DNA from: Macrostomum lignano
Taxonomy: Eukaryota
NCBI GenBank assembly: GCA_002269645.1
Contig: NIVC01000010.1
Span: 1,116,001-1,180,000, forward strand
Reading direction: 5' to 3'
DNA: 64,000 nucleotides
Part shown: positions 1 through 22,087 of the stretch, in pieces
Layout of the letters: each line of letters opens with the position of its first letter
Position numbering within the stretch: the first letter of the stretch is position 1
Program-made: the position numbers and the translations under genes
The notes under the pieces: model-generated
The model's database searches: none
Seen by the model: only the letters and a program-made list of their open reading frames with translations
Told to the model about the DNA's origin: nothing

Positions 1-1692
1 AGTATGTGTTGGGTAGACTAGTAAGTACTTAGGTAGACAGGTAGGTTTTCAGTAGATTGATGAGGGCTCACGTAAGTTAGGCACTCAGACAGGTAAGGTG
101 TTTGGATAGACTGTTGTGTACTCAGGTAGACAGGTAAGGTGTTTGGGTGGACTGTTAAGTACTCAGGTAGACAGGTAAGGTGTTTGGGTGGACTGTTGTG
201 TACTCAGGTAGACAGGTAAGGTGTTTGGGTGGACTGTTAAGTACTCAGGTAGACAGATAGGTTTATGGGTAGACTGTTGTGTACTCAGGTAGACAGGTAG
301 GAGTTTGGGTAGACTGTTGTGTACTCACTACTCAGGTAGACAGGTAGGAGTTTGGGTAGACTGTTGTGTACTCAGGTAGACAGGTAGGACTTGGGTAGAC
401 TGTTGTGTACTCAGGTAGACAGGTAGGACTTGGGTAGACTGTTGTGTACTCAGGTAGACAGGTAGGAGTTTGGGTAGACTGTTGTGTACTCACTACTCAG
501 GTAGACAGGTAGGAGTTTGGGTAGACTGTTGTGTACTCAGGTAGACAGGTAGGACTTGGGTAGACTGTTGTGTACTCAGGTAGACAGGTAGGACTTGGGT
601 AGACTGTTGTGTACTCAGGTAGACAGGTAGGAGTTTGGGTAGACTGTTGTGTACTCAGGTAGACAGGTAGGAGTTTGAGTAGACTGTTGTGTACTCAGGT
701 AGACAGGTAGGAGTTTGAGTAGACTGTTGTGTACTCAGGTAGACAGGTAGGAGTTTGGTTAGACTGTTGTGTACTCAGGTAGACAGGTCGGAGTTTGGGT
801 AGACTGTTGTGTACTCACTACTCAGGTAGACAGGTAGGAGTTTGGGTAGACTGTTGTGTACTCAGGTAGACAGGTAGGAGTTTGGGTAGACTGTTGTGTA
901 CTCAGGTAGATAGGTAGGTGTTTGGGTAGACTGTTGTGTACTCAGTTAGATAGGTAGGTGTTTAGGTAGACTGTTGTGTACTCAGTTAGATAGGTAGGTG
1001 TTTAGGTAGACTGTTGTGTACTCAGTTAGATAGGTAGGTGTTTAGGTAGACTGTTGTGTACTCAGTTAGATAGGTAGGTGTTTGGGTAGACTGTTGTGTA
1101 CTCAGTTAGATAGGTAGGTGTTTAGGTAGACTGTTGTGTACTCAGTTAGATAGGTAGGTGTTTAGGTAGACTGTTGTGTACTCAGTTAGATAGGTAGGTG
1201 TTTAGGTAGACTGTTGTGTACTCAGTTAGATAGGTAGGTGTTTAGGTAGACTGTTGTGTACTCAGTTAGATAGGTAGGTGTTTGGGTAGACTGTTGTGTA
1301 CTCAGTTAGATAGGTAGGTGTTTGGGTAGACTGTTGTGTACTCAGTTAGATAGGTAGGTGTTTGGGTAGACTGTTGTGTACTCAGTTAGATAGGTAGGTG
1401 TTTGGGTAGAATGTTGTGTACTCAGTTAGATAGGTAGGTGTTTGGGTAGACTGTTATGTACTCAGTTAGATAGGTAGGTGTTTGGGTAGACTGTTGTGTA
1501 CTCAGTTAGATAGGTAGGTGTTTGGGTAGACTGTTGTGTACTCAGTTAGATAGGTAGGTGTTTGGGTAGACTGTTGTGTACTCAGGTAGATAGGTAGGTG
1601 TTTGGGTAGACTGTTGTGTACTCAGGTAGATAGGTAGGTGTTTGGGTAGACTGTTGTGTACTCAGATAGACAGGTAGGAGTTTGGGTAGACT
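1..1692. repeat. 40-bp tandem repeat (minisatellite), unit about GGGTAGACTGTTGTGTACTCAGTTAGATAGGTAGGTGTTT
   Basis: Period 40 seen directly (CTCAG at 1501, 1541, 1581). Two unit variants (CAGGTAGACAGG then CAGTTAGATAGG). The array runs off the left edge of the window. Confidence 0.97.
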
Positions 1693-1769
1693 TACTTCGG
1701 TAGACAGGAATGAACTTGATGAACCCTTACGTACTGCAGAGTTAATGCAACAACCGAATTGTTTCCTGC

Positions 1770-4700
1770 ATGGACGGCGAGGACCTCTACGACGAGTTCG
1801 GCAACTACATCGGGCCGGACTTGGCTTCCGATGATGACGACGAGGATGACGAAGTCGAAATCGGTCATCGCGGCGGCCACGGTCGACCCGGCGACGATGG
1901 CGACGACGATTTTGATGAAGAGGAAGGCGACGATGATGAGGCTGCTGATGCTGGAGGCGCCGGCTCATCTCGCCTGGCTCTGGGCAAAGGTGACGAAGAT
2001 TCCGAGATGCGAGTTGTTCTGCACGAAGATAAAAAGTACTACCCGTCCGCTGCCGAGGTAAAGTGTGTTCTAATTTTTGTCGGTCTACCGATATGTATCG
2101 AATGTTGACGTTACATTTTGAGCTTTGATCCACATATTTGCTATATAGGATGATTTTATACAGAATTTTAATTATTAAAGTTTTGTTGATAAGTATCGTA
2201 AACCAAGTAACTTAAGTACCGATATGTATCAAAAATATAGTAACTTAAATACCGATTTGTATCGAAAGTAAAGTAACTTGAGTATCGATATGTATCAAAA
2301 ATCGAGTAATTTAACTACCGATATGTATCGAAAATCGAGTAATTTAACTATTGATCGGTATTGATTTTAATCACATTATTAATTATAAAATACAACGCAG
2401 GTCTACGGACCGGACGTGGAGACGCTGGTGCAGGAGGAAGACGCCCAGCCTCTCACTGAGCCCATCATCGCTCCCATACGCACTAAACGGGTGTACTTTC
2501 GCGAGCGATCCGACGTGCCCAGAACCACATTCGACTGGGAGTTTCTAACCGACCTGATGGACAGCCCCAAACTAATTCGTTGCCTAGCGGTTGCCGGGCA
2601 CCTGCATCACGGCAAGACCTGCCTGCTTGACTGCCTGGTCGAGCTCACGCATCCTGATGTTCGTGCAACAGCCTCTGACGTGGCCGACGGTCGCGCTGAG
2701 CTGGCATTCACGCACAGCCTTCGAGTTGAATGCGAGCGCGGTCTGTCTGTGAAGTGCTGCCCGTTAAGCCTGCTGCTGCCCGACTCGCGCGGCAAGTCGC
2801 ACCTTGTCAATCTGATGGACACGCCCGGGCATCCGTGCTTCGCAGACGAACAAGCCGCAGCTTATCGCTTGTGTGACGCTGTGCTGCTGGTTGTGTGCGC
2901 GGCAGAGGGCGCCATGCTGGGCACGGAGCGGGCCATTCAGCAGGCAATGCAGCACGGCCTGCCGCTGATTCTCTGCATCAACAAAATTGACCGGCTAATC
3001 ATTGAGCTCAAGCTGCCACCGGCTGATGCTTATCATCGATTGCGTCATCTCGTCGACGAGATCAACGCGCTGGTGCACACTCACGCTCCGACGCCCGAGC
3101 TGGCGCGTCCACTGACGCCGCTAGACGGCTCGGTGATTTTTGCTTCGTCCGCATTTCGGTTCTGCTTTAGTCTGGCTTCGTTTGCCAGCTTGTACAAGCA
3201 GAAATTCGCGCCCAGGATGGACGCTGTCCAGTTTGCCGAGCGCCTGTGGGGCGACGTGTACTTTGACGCCAAGACTAGGCGGTTTAGCAGGAATCCGAAC
3301 TCTGCCGGCGGCAAGAGCCAGCAGGCACAGCAGAGGACCTTTGTTCAGTTCTGTCTGGAGCCCGTCTATAAGGTTGGCTTTTAGAGTTGAAATTTCGGTG
3401 CCTGCCTGTGTTTTGTTTAAATCAGGGGTCGGCTAAAATAACTCAGGCATGTATACTTGGTATAACAGCTTTCTACTTTCAGTTCAGTAGCAAAGAATAA
3501 TACATAAGCTGCTTTATAAAATTAACGGCAGCTGAAATGACTGATAAGTTAAGAAGCCCCCAAGCTTGCAGGCGTAAACAACTTGCTAATTGGTTCAGCA
3601 GTAATGTACATTGGCCAGTCCACTGAAATGTACATGACAGATTTAGGCTGGCTGGAATTCCGAAAAAGGCAATAAAATTGGGGTGGGCGGGGCGTAGTGT
3701 GGAAAGGCGCGGTTGGAGGGTTTGAACTGATGGGTAAAAGCCAGTAAATGTCTTGGCTTTAAAAGTACATTTAAATGCTTCTGTTTAACTTACTACTGAA
3801 CTGAAAGTAGCTTACACGCAAATGTGCTGAGTGTCCCATCTAGTTATTCTAGTATCTGTGTGTGAGAGGAGAGGGGCAAGAGATGGAATGAGAGAAAAGA
3901 TAAGAGAGAAGATAAGGCGAAGAGAAGAAGGAAGAGTAAGAAGGGAGAGTGGGAAGAGAAGATCGCGAGAAAAAAAAAAGCTGAGAAGAAGCACAAGCCT
4001 TGACCGGGCCGGATTGCTATTCTGTATTGCTATTGCTATACATCCTGACACTATGATAATGGCATCCTGACACTATGATAATGGCATCCTGACACTATGA
4101 TAATGGCATCTTGACACTATGATAATGGCATCCTGACACTATGATAACGGCATCCTGACACTATGATAATGGCATCCTGACACTTTGAATACGACATCCT
4201 GACACTTTGAATATGGCATCCTGACGCTTTAGATATGACATCCTGACACTTTGAATATGACATCCTGACACTTTAAATGTGGCATCCTGACACTTTGAAT
4301 GTGGCATCCTGACACTTTGGATATGTAATCCTGACACTTTAAATATGACATCCAGACACTTTGAATGTGGCATCCTGACACTTTGAATGTGGCATCCTGA
4401 CGCTTTAACTTTGACATCCTGACACTATTAATACGGCATCCTGACACTTTGGATATGTAATCCTGACACTTTGGATATGTAATCCTGACACTTTGGATAT
4501 GTAATCCTGACACTTTGGATATGACATCCTGACACTTTGGATATGGTATCCTGACACTTTGAATGTGGCATCCTGACACTTTAAATATGACATCCAGACA
4601 CTTTGAATGTGGCATCCTGACACTTTGAATGTGGCATCCTGACGCTTTAACTTTGACATCCTGACACTATTAATACGGCATCCTGACACTTTGGATATGT

Positions 4701-7700
4701 AATCCTGACACTTTGGATATGTAATCCTGACACTTTGGATATGTAATCCTGACACTTTGGATATGTAATCCTGACACTTTGGATATGACATCCTGACACT
4801 TTGGATATGGTATCCTGACACTTTGAATGTGGCATCCTGACACTTTGGATATGACATCCTGACACTTTGGATATGGTATCCTGACACTTTGAATGTGGCA
4901 TCCTGACACTTTGGATATGACATCCTGACACTTTGGATATGGTATCCTGACACTTTGAATGTGGCATCCTGACACTTTGGATATGACATCCTGACACTTT
5001 GGATATGGTATCCTGACACTTTGAATGTGGCATCCTGACACTGGATATGACATCCTGACACTTTGGATATGGTATCCTGACACTTTGAATGTGGCATCCT
5101 GACACTTTAGATATGACATCCTGAAACTTTGGATATGTAATCCTGACACTTTAAATATGACATCCTGACACTTTGGATATGGTATCCTGACACTTTGAAT
5201 GTGGCATCCTGACGCTTTAGATATGACATCCTGAAACTTTGAATATGACATTCTGAAACTTTAAATATGACATCCTGACACTTTGGATATGGTATCCTGA
5301 AACTTTGAATCTGACATCCTGACACATTATTGGCACATATTTTTCCCCAAACCGCTACGCAGATCTTCAGCACCCTGGTCGGAGACGTAGAAACTAACGT
5401 AGAAGCGGTCTGTCAAGAGCTGGACGTGCCAATCTCCCGTTCCGAGCTCAAGCTCAACGTTCGACCGTTGCTCCGCCTCGTGCTGCGCCGGTTCTTCTCA
5501 GGCTGGGACCCTTTAGTCGAAGCGGCCGTCCGGCACTGTCCGAGCCCGGCTGACGCTGCAGCCGAGCGTGTCCAGCGTTGGTACAGCGGCGCCGAGAATA
5601 GCGACTCAGATGGCGGCGTGTGCGCTGACATGGCCGCCTGCGACCCCAACGGTGTGCTGGTGATTCACGCTACTAAGCTGTTCCCTACGCCCGACGCCAG
5701 CGGATTCCATGTGTTTGGCCGCGTCATCTCCGGCACGCTTCATGCTGAACAGCAGGTTGGTGCGGCCTGGGAGTGGAATGCTGAGGGGGGAGAGGGAGGC
5801 ATAAGAGGAGAAATCAATGGAAGCTGAGGTGAGAGCGAGGGTCAATGGTAGAGGTGAGAGGGGGCTTAATGGTAGATAGAAGGGGGGTAATTGGTAGATA
5901 GGAGAAGGAGGGTCAGTGGTAGAGCTGAGAGGGAGAGTCAGTGGTAGAGAGGAGAGGGAGGGTCAGTGGTAGAGAGGAGAGGGAGGGTCAGTGGTAGAAA
6001 GGAGAGGGAGGGTCATTGGTAGAGCTGAGAGGGAGGGTCAGTGGTAGAGAGGAGAGGGAGGGTCAGTGGTAGAGAGGAGAGGGAGGGTCAGTGGTAGAGA
6101 GGAGGGAACGGGACCAGTCATCGCACAAACGCCCTCCTCTCTCCTTCGCAGGTCCGCGTCCTCGGCGAGCAGTACACCCTAGCCGACGAGGAGGACTCTC
6201 GCACCGCTCGAGTCGGCCGTCTGTGGCTGCTCAACGCTCAATACAGAGTTGAATTGAGCCGGGTGCCAGCCGGCAACTGGGTGCTGATTGAAGGCGTTGA
6301 CGAGCCAATCGCCAAGACAGCCACCATCACGGGCGCGGACTCGGCCTGCCGCCGGGTGCTGACCTACCGGCCGCTGCAGTACAACACAGCCTCTGTAGTG
6401 AAAGTGGCAGTTGAGCCCAGCCTGCCATCCGAACTGCCGAAAATGCTTGACGGCCTGCGCAAGCTGAGCAAATCCTATCCGTTGCTAGCCTGCCGCATCG
6501 AGGAGTCTGGCGAGCACGTGATCATGGGCACCGGCGAGCTGTACCTGGACTGCGCCCTGCTTGACCTGCGCCAGCTCTACGCCGATATCGAGGTTAAAGT
6601 AGCCGATCCGGTTGTCGCCTTCGCCGAAACTGTTGTGGAGACCAGCTCGGTGAAGTGCTTCGCCGAGACTCCGAATCGCCGCAACAAGCTGACGCTCATC
6701 GCCGAACCCTTGGAAAAGGGCATCGCCGAAGACATTGAAGCTGGCGGCGTCAGCCTGTCCTGGCCGAGGAAACGGGTGGCTGAATTCTTCCAGCACAAAT
6801 ACGACTGGGATCTGCTGGCTGCTAGGTTAGTTATCATTTGCTGAAGCCTTTGCGTAGCTTGGCCTCTGGATCCGCCCCTTTGCGTAGCTTGGCCCCTGGA
6901 TCCGCCCCTTTGCGTAGCTTGGCCTCTGGATCCACCCCTTTGCGTAGCTTGGCCTCTGGATCCGCCCCTTTGCGTAGCTTGGCCCCTGGATCCGCCCCTT
7001 TGCGTAGCTTGGCCTCTGGATCCACCCCTTTGCGTAGCTTGGCCTCTGGATCCGCCCCTTTGCGTAGCTTGGCCCCTGGATCCGCCCCTTTGCGTAGCTT
7101 GGCCCCTGGATCCGCCCCTTTGCGTAGCTTGGCCCCTGGATCCGCCCCTTTGCGTAGCTTGGCCCCTGGATCCGCCCCTTTGCGTAGCTTGGCCTCTGGA
7201 TCCGCCCCTTTGCGTAGCTTGGCCTCTGGATCCGCCCCTTTGCGTAGCTTGGCCCCTGGATCCGCCCCTTTGCGTAGCTTGGCCCTGGATCCGCCCCTTT
7301 GCGTAGCTTGGCCCCTGGATCCGCCCCTTTGCGTAGCTTGGCCTCTGGATCCGCCCCTTTGCGTAGCTTGGCCCCTGGATCCGCCCCTTTGCGTAGCTTG
7401 GCCCCTGGATCCGCCCCTTTGCGTAGCTTGGCCCCTGGATCCGCCCCTTTGCGTAGCTTGGCCCCTGGATCCGCCCCTTTGCGTAGCTTGGCCTCTGGAT
7501 CCACCCCTTTGCGTAGCTTGGCCCCTGGATCCGCCCCTTTGCGTAGCTTGGCCCCTGGATCCGCCCCTTTGCGTAGCTTGGCCCCTGGATCCGCCCCTTT
7601 GCGTAGCTTGGCCCCTGGATCCGCCCCTTTGCGTAGCTTGGCCCCTGGATCCGCCCCTTTGCGTAGCTTGGCCTCTGGATCCGCCCCTTTGCGTAGCTTG

Positions 7701-9468
7701 GCCTCTGGATCCGCCCCTTTGCGTAGCTTGGCCCCTGGATCCGCCCAATTGCGTAGCTTGGCCCTGGATCCGCCCCTTTGCGTAGCTTGGCCCCTGGATC
7801 CGCCCCTTTGCGTAGCTTGGCCTCTGGATCCGCCCCTTTGCGTAGCTTGGCCCCTGGATCCGCCCCTTTGCGTAGCTTGGCCCCTGGATCCGCCCCTTTG
7901 CGTAGCTTGGCCCCTGGATCCGCCCCTTTGCGTAGCTTGGCCTCTGGATCCACCCCTTTGCGTAGCTTGGCCCCTGGATCCGCCCCTTTGCGTAGCTTGG
8001 CCCCTGGATCCGCCCAATTGCGTAGCTTGGCCCTGGATCCGCCCCTTTGCGTAGCTTGGCCCCTGGATCCGCCCCATTGCGTAGCTTGGCCTCTGGATCC
8101 GCCCCTTTGCGTAGCTTGGCCCCTGGATCCACCCCTTTGCGTAGCTTGGCCCCTGGATCCGCACTTTTGCGTAGCTTGGCCCCTGGATCCGCCCCTTTGC
8201 AGAGCTTGGCCCCTGGATCCGCCCCTTTGCAGAGCTTGGCCCCTGGATCCGCCCCTTTGCAGAGCTTGGTCCCTGGATCCGCCCCTTTGCAGAGCTTGGC
8301 CCCTGGATCCGCCCCTTTGCAGAGCTTGGCCCCTGGATCCGCCCAATTGTGTAGCTTAGCTCCTGGATCCGCCCAATTGCGTAGCTTAGCCCCTGAATCT
8401 GTCTAATTGCGTAGCTTAGCCCCTGGATCTGTCTAATTGCGTAGCTTAGCCCCTGGATCTGCCTAATTGCGTAGCTCAGCCCCTGGATCCACTTGTTTCT
8501 TTGCGTAGCTTTGCCCTGATGTGCCAGCGGCCCAGGCTCGATCCCAAATGCAGTCACATTAATTTGAAGCTAAATTGGAATCTCAACGTAGGCGGAATGG
8601 ACAGCAATGCCGATCTCGCCGGTTGTGTGACAATGTCGCTTAAAGTGCACCAGGGTGCCACAGCCCCCTGCCACTAACTAGTGTCCAAATTTGAACCTAG
8701 GACCTCCTAGCATCGCTCGTCTTTCTCCCCCCCCGCAGGTCCATCTGGGCATTCGGTCCCGACGCCAGCGGCCCCAACGTCCTCGTTGACGACACCCTGC
8801 CCTCCGAGGTGGACAAAGACCTGCTGGCCACGGCACGCGACTCCATCGTGCAAGGCTTCCAGTGGGCCACCAGGGAGGGCCCGCTCTGCGAGGAGCCGGT
8901 TCGCAACGTCAAGATGAAAATGCTGGACGCTCTGATCGCTCCCGAGCCGGTGCACCGCGGCGGCAGTCAGCTGATCCCGACAGCCCGCAGGGTGGCCTAC
9001 AGCGCCTTCCTCATGGCTACGCCTCGCCTGATGGAGCCGTACCTGTTCGTTGAGGCCCTCACCCCGGCCGATTGCGTCAGCGCAGTCTACAGCGTGTTGG
9101 CTAGAAGGCGAGGTCACGTGACCCACGACGCTCCCGTGCCCGGTAGTCCGCTGTACGTTGTCAAGGCCTTCCTGCCGGCTATTGATTCGTTCGGCTTTGA
9201 GACCGATCTGCGCACGCATACGCAGGGCCAGGCGTTCTGCCTCAGCGTGTTCCATCACTGGCAGATTGTGCCGGGAGATCCGCTGGACAAGAGCATCGTA
9301 ATCCGGCCGCTGGAACCGCAGCCGGCTGTGCACCTGGCCAGAGAGTTCATGATTAAAACTCGCCGACGCAAGGGCCTGTCTGAGGATGTGGCTATTAATA
9401 AGTTCTTTGACGATCCAATGCTGTTGGAGCTGGCTAAGCAGGATGTTGGTCTGTCTGGTCTGGCTTGA
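1770..9468 (+). CDS. EFTUD2: 116 kDa U5 snRNP component, EF-2-like GTPase (EFTUD2/Snu114), about 1018 aa
   Basis: Exons 1770-2057, 2401-3372, 5363-5755, 6152-6825, 8739-9468. All introns are GT-AG with consistent phases (0,0,0,2); total 3057 nt. Recognised motifs: [16 protein letters not shown], acidic N-terminus, [12 protein letters not shown]1 GHLHHGKT, G3 DTPGH, G4 NKID, and C-terminal [14 protein letters not shown]...[14 protein letters not shown]. Confidence 0.97.
3435..3858. mobile_element. MITE-like element with imperfect terminal inverted repeats; empty copy of the host element at 31296-33197
   Basis: CTACTTTCAGTTCAGTAG near the left end is inverted at the right end (CTACTGAACTGAAAGTAG...CCATCTAGTTATTCTAGTATCTG). 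It aligns co-linearly with 31330-33197 once two inserts are removed. Confidence 0.7.
4040..5327. repeat. 22-bp tandem repeat (ATCCTGACACTTTGGATATG core) in EFTUD2 intron 2
   Basis: Period 22 seen directly; it explains the 22-aa periodic minus-strand ORFs. Confidence 0.95.
5925..6105. repeat. 25-bp purine-rich tandem repeat in EFTUD2 intron 3
   Basis: Unit AGTGGTAGAGAGGAGAGGGAGGGTC; period 25 (5941, 5966). Confidence 0.85.
6846..8495. repeat. 30-bp minisatellite (CCCCTTTGCGTAGCTTGGCCCCTGGATCCG) in EFTUD2 intron 4
   Basis: Period 30 seen directly; it generates the stop-free 10-aa periodic ORFs. The same unit recurs at 13108-13441. Confidence 0.97.
8500..8672 (+). mobile_element. Internally deleted copy of tRNA-derived SINE family A
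   Basis: GCCAGCGGCCCAGGCTCGATCCCAAATGCAGTCACATTAATTTG followed by GGCGGAATGGACAGCAATGCC...GACAATGTCGCTTAAAGTGCAC...CAGCCCCCTGCC matches the copy at 42798-43146. Confidence 0.75.
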
Positions 9469-9654
9469 TTGTCGTTATTCGGACTGTTAATTATTGTTTA
9501 TTTATTAATAATGCAGATAGACACCAGTGTCTGCTGTGCCGTGTTCTGTTATGAACTTGTTCAATTAATACTTTCCGGTGACTGATAACAGTTTCAAAAG
9601 TAGTGTATGGCCCTATTGAGAATGGTTTCTTGTCAGCTAATTTGGTCCGTTAGG

Positions 9655-10080
9655 AAGGAACTGCTTCCGGTGGGCTAATTGGGCTCTGTTAAGAGCTGCT
9701 TCCGGTGTACCAATACGGTCCATTAGGAACTGCTTCCGGTGTACCAATACGGTCCATTAGGAACTGCTTCCGGTGTACCAATACGGTCCATTAGGAACTG
9801 CTTCCGGTGTACCAATACGGTCCATTAGGAACTGCTTCCGGTGTACCAATACGGTCCATTAGGAACTGCTTCCGGTTTACCTAAACGGTCCATTAAGAAC
9901 TACTTCCGGTGCAACCAATATGGTCCATTAGGAACTGCTTCCGGTGCACCAATATGGTCCATTAGGAACTGCTTCCGGTGTACCAATACGGTCCATTAGG
10001 AACTGCTTCCGGTGTATCAATATGGTCCATTAGGAACTGCTTCCGGTGTACCAATATGGTCCATTAGAAACTGCTTCCGA
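9655..10080. repeat. 34-bp tandem repeat (CTGCTTCCGGTGTACCAATACGGTCCATTAGGAA), about 12 units, downstream of EFTUD2
   Basis: Units read directly from the sequence. Confidence 0.92.
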
Positions 10081-10577
10081 TTTAACTGGAGCCATTTGCA
10101 TCATTTTACTTATGACAGCCTTCGGCTTCCCAGGTATAAGTAGAATATCGTTATTTCTAGCTAATTAAAGTGTCGTCTCAACTCTTCTGTTCGCCAAGTA
10201 GCAGTTGATATTGCAGCATGTTTTTTACTCCTTAATCATAATTGAGCAGCAATTATGCGACTCTAATTAATCATTTGGAGTCACCTGTTGTCATTGTTGT
10301 TATTCACCTTTCTACGTACGACCTTGATGATTTGAATTTTATAGTGGCATTTGCTGGCACTCCGTTTTAATAAGCAGAGCACTACTGTGCAAAGTAGTAG
10401 CTTGCGTTTGTGTAAAAAATAAACTCTTAATCGAGTGAAAATTTTCTCAGCTACTGAACAGCGTCATGCAGCTTTGCCTGCTCAGTTTCTGTCTGCTGGC
10501 TGGGATTCAATTCCTTTGTGACTCGCCTTTGTATTTGTGTCTTAGTTTAACTCGTGTCCTTGTCTCCATCTGCCCGC

Positions 10578-10661
10578 CTGTCTGTCTGTCTTTCTGTCTG
10601 TCTGTCTGTCTGTCTTTCTGCCTGTCTGTCTATCTGTCTGTCTGTCTGTCTATCTGTCTGT

Positions 10662-10694
<33 letters not shown>

Positions 10695-10732
10695 TGTCTG
10701 TCTGTCTGTCTGTCTGTCTGCCTGCCCGCCTG

Positions 10733-10787
<55 letters not shown>

Positions 10788-10905
10788 TTCTTTCTTAGTG
10801 TCTGTCTGTCTTTCTTTCTTTCTTTCTTTCTTAGTGTCTGTCTGTCTTTCTGTCTCTGTTTTTCTGTGTCTGCTTTTCTGTGTGTGCGCGCCTGTCTGTC
10901 TATCT
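10578..10905. repeat. Compound (TCTG)n/(CCTG)n/(TTTC)n microsatellite
   Basis: Seen directly. Confidence 0.95.
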
Positions 10906-11520
10906 ACATTGCTGTTTGTCTGCCACAATCGGTCTCTCTCTATCTATCCATTCCTGTCTTTCTGTCACTTGCCTGACTTGTCATTGTGACCTTGTCTGTC
11001 CCGCTGTCCTTTTCTGTCTCTCCGCGAGTTTGTCTGCAGCCCAGATGGCTATAAAAAGTATGAAAAAACAATCAAAACTTGCCGTCTTAACGAATTTCGA
11101 AGATCGAATTCGGTCGTGTATAAAATGAAATTTCGCACTATAGCTTTCTGATACACTATACCGACTGATTGTCAGAAGTTTCAACTAAGGTCATCTCAAC
11201 TGGAGCATTCGCTGCGTTTGATGCGTTGAATCGGTTTTCATTTGTAACTGGTTTTTTCACAACGAATAGCACTGGTTTGAACAAACTTTGACGCGGTGCA
11301 TCCACCTTCTCTACTTGAATTGTGACAGCTGTACAATCGAGTCACACAATGCTCTCGTGGTTTAATTGCACCTGAGATGCTCTGCCAGAGTCCAGCTTTA
11401 CTCGTGGCTTTTTGCCTGTCTGTAGCTATGCTCTCTTGCTGTTATAAAGGCCACCACTTCTCTCTGTCTCTTGTATTAACTTGGCCCTGCTAAAGATCTT
11501 TCTCTGTGCAGCCTCTGAAC

Positions 11521-20573
<9,053 letters not shown>

Positions 20574-20974
20574 CGGCTGACCCTACCTGTCTGTCTGACG
20601 GAATGTAGAATCTTATTTTTGTTCATCTTAATTAATTGTTTATTCTGTAGAACGTCTGTTGTGTTTGTGATTACCTAGAAATATTTATTAACAGCTAAAG
20701 TGCATATTTCGATTTAGTTCAGACTTTAAAGATTTTTTGCCAAACATTGATTGTCAAATTAAAATTATTTAATATTTTTCACGCGTTACATAAAATTATA
20801 GATATAAAAATACTCCGATACTACTTTTATTCTGCAGCTTCTGCGCGCGTCGATTCTATACAGTAATATTTTTTTAATCGGTTCTTTAGGCTCACATAAA
20901 TATTTATTACATAAATATGTATGCCCTACCTATGTTATTCAGTTCATACCTGTTTCTCTAGCTTACTTTTTGGT

Positions 20975-22087
<1,113 letters not shown>

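Noticed and set aside
4161-8557. Long ORFs of 150-589 aa on both strands ([31 protein letters not shown] repeats)
   Set aside because: They are translations of the 22-bp and 30-bp intronic tandem repeats inside EFTUD2, not genes. The same applies to ORFs at 18147-18956, 19300-19650, 36370-37498, 48150-48941 and 51867-52875.
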